Shown here piece by piece: positions 60,609-64,000 of a DNA stretch of 64,000 bases; the first letter of the stretch is position 1; the number at the start of each line of letters is the position of its first letter. The notes below the pieces were generated by a model. That model had not been told where the DNA came from, did no database searches, and saw only the letters and a list, made by a program, of their open reading frames with translations. Location: contig JBOGXY010000204.1 of the NCBI GenBank assembly GCA_050696495.1, positions 6,796-70,795 on the forward strand, read 5' to 3'. Source of the DNA: Solirubrobacteraceae bacterium (lineage in GTDB: Bacteria > Actinomycetota > Thermoleophilia > Solirubrobacterales > Solirubrobacteraceae). The position numbers were made by a program, and so were the translations under genes.

Positions 60609-61841
60609 ATGGACTTCGAGCACTCCCCCCGCACGCAGGAGCTGCTCGAGCGCCTGATCGGCTTCGTGGAGCGGGAGGTCGCGCCACGCGAGGAGCCCTA
60701 CCACCGCGAGCTGCTGGCCCAGGCAAACCCCTGGGTCGTGTTGCCGGCCGTGCAGGAGCTCAAGACGATCGCCAAGCGCGAGGGCCTGTGGAACCTGTTC
60801 CTGCCCGACCCCGAGCGCGGCGCCGGGCTCTCAAACGTCGAGTACGCGCCGCTTGCCGAGCGGATGGGGCGCTCGCTGATAACGGCCGAGGTGTGCAACT
60901 GCAACGCCCCGGACACGGGGAACATGGAGGTGCTCTGGCAGTTCGGCTCCGACGAGCAAAAGCGGGAGTGGTTGGAGCCGCTGCTCGAAGGAGAGATCCG
61001 CTCGGCCTTCTGCATGACAGAGCCCGAGGTCGCCTCCTCTGATGCCACCAACATGCAGGCCACCGCTGTGCTTGAGGGAGATGAGGTGGTGCTCAGCGGC
61101 CGCAAGTGGTGGAGCACCGGCGTCGGGCATCCCAACTGCAAGGCGCTGATCTTCATGGGCCTGACCGACCCGGCGGCCGATCGTTACCACCAGCATTCGA
61201 TGGTGCTCGTGCCGATCGACACCCCGGGTGTGAAGGTCGAGCGGATGCTCGAGGCGATGGGATTCCTGGACGCCCCCGGCGGCCACGGAGAAGTCTCCTT
61301 CACCGATGTGCGCCTGCCCGCCGGCGCGATCGTCGGCGGCCCTGGCCAGGCGTTCGCGATCGCCCAAGCCCGGCTGGGCCCCGGCCGCATCCACCACTGC
61401 ATGCGTCTGATCGGCTTGGCCGAGCTGGCGCTGGAAATGGCCTGCCGGCGGGCGAGCGAGCGAGTAGCGTTCGGCAAGCCGCTTGCCAACCTGGGCGGCA
61501 ATCGCGAACGGATCGCCGACGCGAGGATCGCGATCGACCAGGCCCGTCTTCACGTGCTGCATGCCGCGTGGTTGGTGGACCGCAAGGCGCCGGAGGCGAT
61601 CGGTGCGGTTTCGCAGATCAAGGTGGCGGTCCCGAACATGGCGCAGCGAGTTGTGGACATGGCGATCCAATTGCACGGCGGCGGCGGTTTGTCGAATGAT
61701 TTCCCGCTGGCCGGCGCATGGACGGCGGCGCGCTCGTTGCGCTTGGCCGACGGCCCCGATGAGGTTCACCGGGGCGTGGTGGCGCGGCTGGAGCTGGCGC
61801 GGTATGGGAAGGGGAAGTGGTCGGGTAGCGGCCAGACGTGA
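60609..61841 (+). CDS. Acyl-CoA dehydrogenase (FadE2/ACAD10-like)
   Basis: GLWNLF, APDTGNMEV, MTEPEVASSDATN, AQARLGPGRIHHCMR, RLADGPDEVH. Confidence 0.95.
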   Translation: MDFEHSPRTQELLERLIGFVEREVAPREEPYHRELLAQANPWVVLPAVQELKTIAKREGLWNLFLPDPERGAGLSNVEYAPLAERMGRSLITAEVCNCNAPDTGNMEVLWQFGSDEQKREWLEPLLEGEIRSAFCMTEPEVASSDATNMQATAVLEGDEVVLSGRKWWSTGVGHPNCKALIFMGLTDPAADRYHQHSMVLVPIDTPGVKVERMLEAMGFLDAPGGHGEVSFTDVRLPAGAIVGGPGQAFAIAQARLGPGRIHHCMRLIGLAELALEMACRRASERVAFGKPLANLGGNRERIADARIAIDQARLHVLHAAWLVDRKAPEAIGAVSQIKVAVPNMAQRVVDMAIQLHGGGGLSNDFPLAGAWTAARSLRLADGPDEVHRGVVARLELARYGKGKWSGSGQT

Positions 61842-61947
61842 GCGAGCTCTCATTCTGGACCGAAATGAACAGCGAAAAGGGCGGTGTGGGCGGTCAGCAC
61901 TACGCGGAACGCTCGCAGCACGACGTCGCCTGTTATCAGGTCTCACG

Positions 61948-62292
61948 TCACTGAAGCAAGGCGGGCGGGCGTTCGCGAGCGTCCGCCCGTTGCCACACCA
62001 CCACGGCCACCAACATCGCTGTGAGCAGAACTGCGGGCCAGGCCCCGATCGCCAGCGCGATCAGATGCGAGAGTACGAAGGCCGCCAGCCCGACGCAGCC
62101 GAGCGTGACGGCGGTGCGACGATCGTGGCGGAGCAGCCACTGTCGTATGCACCACACTCCGCCGAGGGCCAGCACGACGCCGCCGAGCGGGCGCGAGCCG
62201 GTGGACACGGCTACGGCGTAGCCGACGATCAGCGACGCGGCCGCCACAGGGGCTGTTGGGAATTGGCCTGTTCGCCTCAGCGTCATGCTCAC
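61948..62292 (-). CDS. Small membrane protein (about 4 TM)
   Basis: Hydrophobic; GTGA overlap with upstream VOC gene. Confidence 0.7.
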   Translation of the reverse strand: MSMTLRRTGQFPTAPVAAASLIVGYAVAVSTGSRPLGGVVLALGGVWCIRQWLLRHDRRTAVTLGCVGLAAFVLSHLIALAIGAWPAVLLTAMLVAVVVWQRADARERPPALLQ

Positions 62293-63206
62293 GCCGACGT
62301 CTCCGTAACGACCAAGAGGATTGGGTTACCGGACGGGTCGTGGACCAGCGGTCCACTCTCGCTCCACTGCGGCTCAACCCCGGACTCCGCAAGGCGCAAC
62401 AGCGCTCGATCGCGCTCGAGCTCGCTTGGGAGCACGATTGATGCGTACTTCAGCGCCGCGGCGCCATTCGGCGGTTGGCCCGCACCGGCGCTCTCCCACG
62501 TGTTAGCGCCGAGATGGTGGTGATAACCACCGGCGCTGAGAAAGGCGGCGTGCGACCCAAGCGAGGCCATCAGAGCGAACCCGAGCAGATCGCGATAGAA
62601 GGCCACCGTCGCGGGGATGTCGGCGACACACAGATGAACGTGTCCCATCGTGGTCTTGCTCGGCAGCCCCCCGAACGGTTCGTTCTTTGGTTCGGCCAGC
62701 TCGCCGAGCAGGCTCGCGGTGTCGAGTGGTAGCGTCGTCATCCGCTCGGCGACCTTTCCCTCCCATGCCTCGCGCGGGCGGTCCCAGTAGATCTCGATGC
62801 CATGCCCGTCGGGATCGGTGAGGTAGATCGCCTCGCTGACGAAGTGATCTGACATGCCGACGAGCGGAACCTGCTCGCGCGCCGCGTGGGCCAGCCAGCC
62901 GGCGAGGTCGGCGCGCCGCGGAAGCAGCAGCGCAAAGTGGTAGAGCCCGCAGTGGCCGCGGACCGGACGGGCGCCGGGCTCCTCGACGAGCACGAGCAGA
63001 TCCTCGCCTCCCGTCCCCAAACGGGCGCGGGTCCCCGAGCGCTCGTGCAACCGCAGGCCGACCGCGCTTTCGTAGTACTCGATCGAGGCGGCGAGATCGG
63101 CGACGGTCAGGCACACGGCGTCCATGCGAGTGCTATCCGGAAGTTGTGCCGGCGCCTGCAGACCGAGCGCCTCAACCTGCTCTGGATCGCGCGGGGGTGC
63201 AGCCAT
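62289..63206 (-). CDS. VOC-family protein (CatE-like catechol 2,3-dioxygenase/glyoxalase)
   Basis: GLYHFALL, DHFVSEAIYL.DPDGHGIEIY, GHVHL, GGYHHHLGANTW; start reassigned to ATG 63206. Confidence 0.9.
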   Translation of the reverse strand: MAAPPRDPEQVEALGLQAPAQLPDSTRMDAVCLTVADLAASIEYYESAVGLRLHERSGTRARLGTGGEDLLVLVEEPGARPVRGHCGLYHFALLLPRRADLAGWLAHAAREQVPLVGMSDHFVSEAIYLTDPDGHGIEIYWDRPREAWEGKVAERMTTLPLDTASLLGELAEPKNEPFGGLPSKTTMGHVHLCVADIPATVAFYRDLLGFALMASLGSHAAFLSAGGYHHHLGANTWESAGAGQPPNGAAALKYASIVLPSELERDRALLRLAESGVEPQWSESGPLVHDPSGNPILLVVTETSA

Positions 63207-63328
63207 CGCACTCCACGATACGCGTAGCTTGGGAACACCGGGCGGATTGCCCGCAAATTGCGGGTGTTGGCGCCTGCAAGCCCGCCACCACCGCAACATG
63301 TCGACCGCGCGATGCGTTAGATTGCCGC

Positions 63329-63457
63329 GCACGCCGAGTCTCTGGCTGTGCCAGGGAGCGGGGGACCCAATTGTTGGGGCAAGTTCCGCGGTGTTCCGCG
63401 GGAGGCGCATCGAAAAGCGCCAGCCCGTCAGCTAACCCCGTAGGCCGAACGGAAGGC
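63329..63457 (+). ncRNA. Cyclic di-AMP (ydaO/yuaA) riboswitch
   Basis: CGCCGAGTC..GCGGGGGACCCA..TGGGG..CCCGTCAGCTAACCCCGTAGGC matches the ydaO pattern; TAGATT -10 just upstream; precedes a cell-wall hydrolase. Confidence 0.88.
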
Positions 63458-63462
63458 AAGCT

Positions 63463-64000
63463 TTGCGTAGAGCGCTCGTAGCGGCGTTCACAACAAGTGT
63501 GCTGGTCTGCATTTCGCCCGCGGCGTCGGCCGTGGCGATGGAATCGACCGGCGGCAGCGAAGCGCCCGGCAAGACGCCGGCGGCTCCGAGCGCGCCCGTG
63601 ATCGGCCCATACCCGGCCGCGCCGGGCGGCGGCTGGGTGTTTCCTCTTTACCCGTTCAGCCACGTCGCATCGCCGTCCACGTGGTCGCTTGACCAGGGCG
63701 TCGACCTGGGCGGCTCGGCCAACCAGTGCGGCAGCCAGATGGTCGAGTTGGCCGTCGCCGGCGGCACGATCGTCAAGGAGGGCCTGGAAGGCTTTGGCAA
63801 CTGGGCGCCTGTGCTCAGGGTCGAAAGCGGGATCGACGCCGGCCGCTACGTCTACTACGGCCACGCCCGCCCCGCACTCGTGCCGGTTGGAGCGCACGTA
63901 ACCGCCGGACAGCCGATCGCCGACGTCGGCTGCGGTACCGTCGGCATCTCGAGCGCCCCGCACCTGGAGATCGGGATCTCCCCGCGCGGCGCCAAAAATC
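63463..64000 (+). CDS. Secreted M23-family peptidase, 3'-truncated (absent from ORF track)
   Basis: TTG start, signal peptide [60 protein letters not shown]. Confidence 0.85.
   Translation, partial: MRRALVAAFTTSVLVCISPAASAVAMESTGGSEAPGKTPAAPSAPVIGPYPAAPGGGWVFPLYPFSHVASPSTWSLDQGVDLGGSANQCGSQMVELAVAGGTIVKEGLEGFGNWAPVLRVESGIDAGRYVYYGHARPALVPVGAHVTAGQPIADVGCGTVGISSAPHLEIGISPRGAKN

Overview
High-GC actinobacterial DNA. The gene repertoire and secreted-protein types suggest Solirubrobacterales/Thermoleophilia (inference). Positions 1-43 kb hold a large, orientation-scrambled surface-glycan locus: two flippases, about 9 GT2/GT4 glycosyltransferases, two GT-C membrane transferases, WecB, Gmd, a DegT aminotransferase, RfbG, an RfbE-like epimerase, a sugar C-methyltransferase and two FkbM methyltransferases. 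The locus is interrupted by accessory modules: (1) an IS5 relic, a secreted FN3/beta-propeller protein, an AAA ATPase, a TetR-wHTH regulator and a translationally coupled pair of uncharacterised ATPases at 7.1-15.4 kb; (2) two VapBC-type toxin-antitoxin pairs; (3) an unclassified His-rich two-gene module; (4) an ATPase-PD-(D/E)xK nuclease gene bracketed by an intact and a decayed copy of the epimerase. Positions 43.8-64 kb carry secreted proteins, a P450, HU, an isobutyryl-CoA-mutase-like subunit, an arylsulfotransferase, alkB-tetR without rubredoxin, redox enzymes and a c-di-AMP riboswitch ahead of an M23 peptidase. The strongest novelty candidates are the paired ATPase operon and the shared leaderless promoter plus AT-rich palindrome design of the ATPase modules, followed by the His-rich pair. 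All calls come from motif recognition by eye; no searches were run, and several start codons are uncertain.
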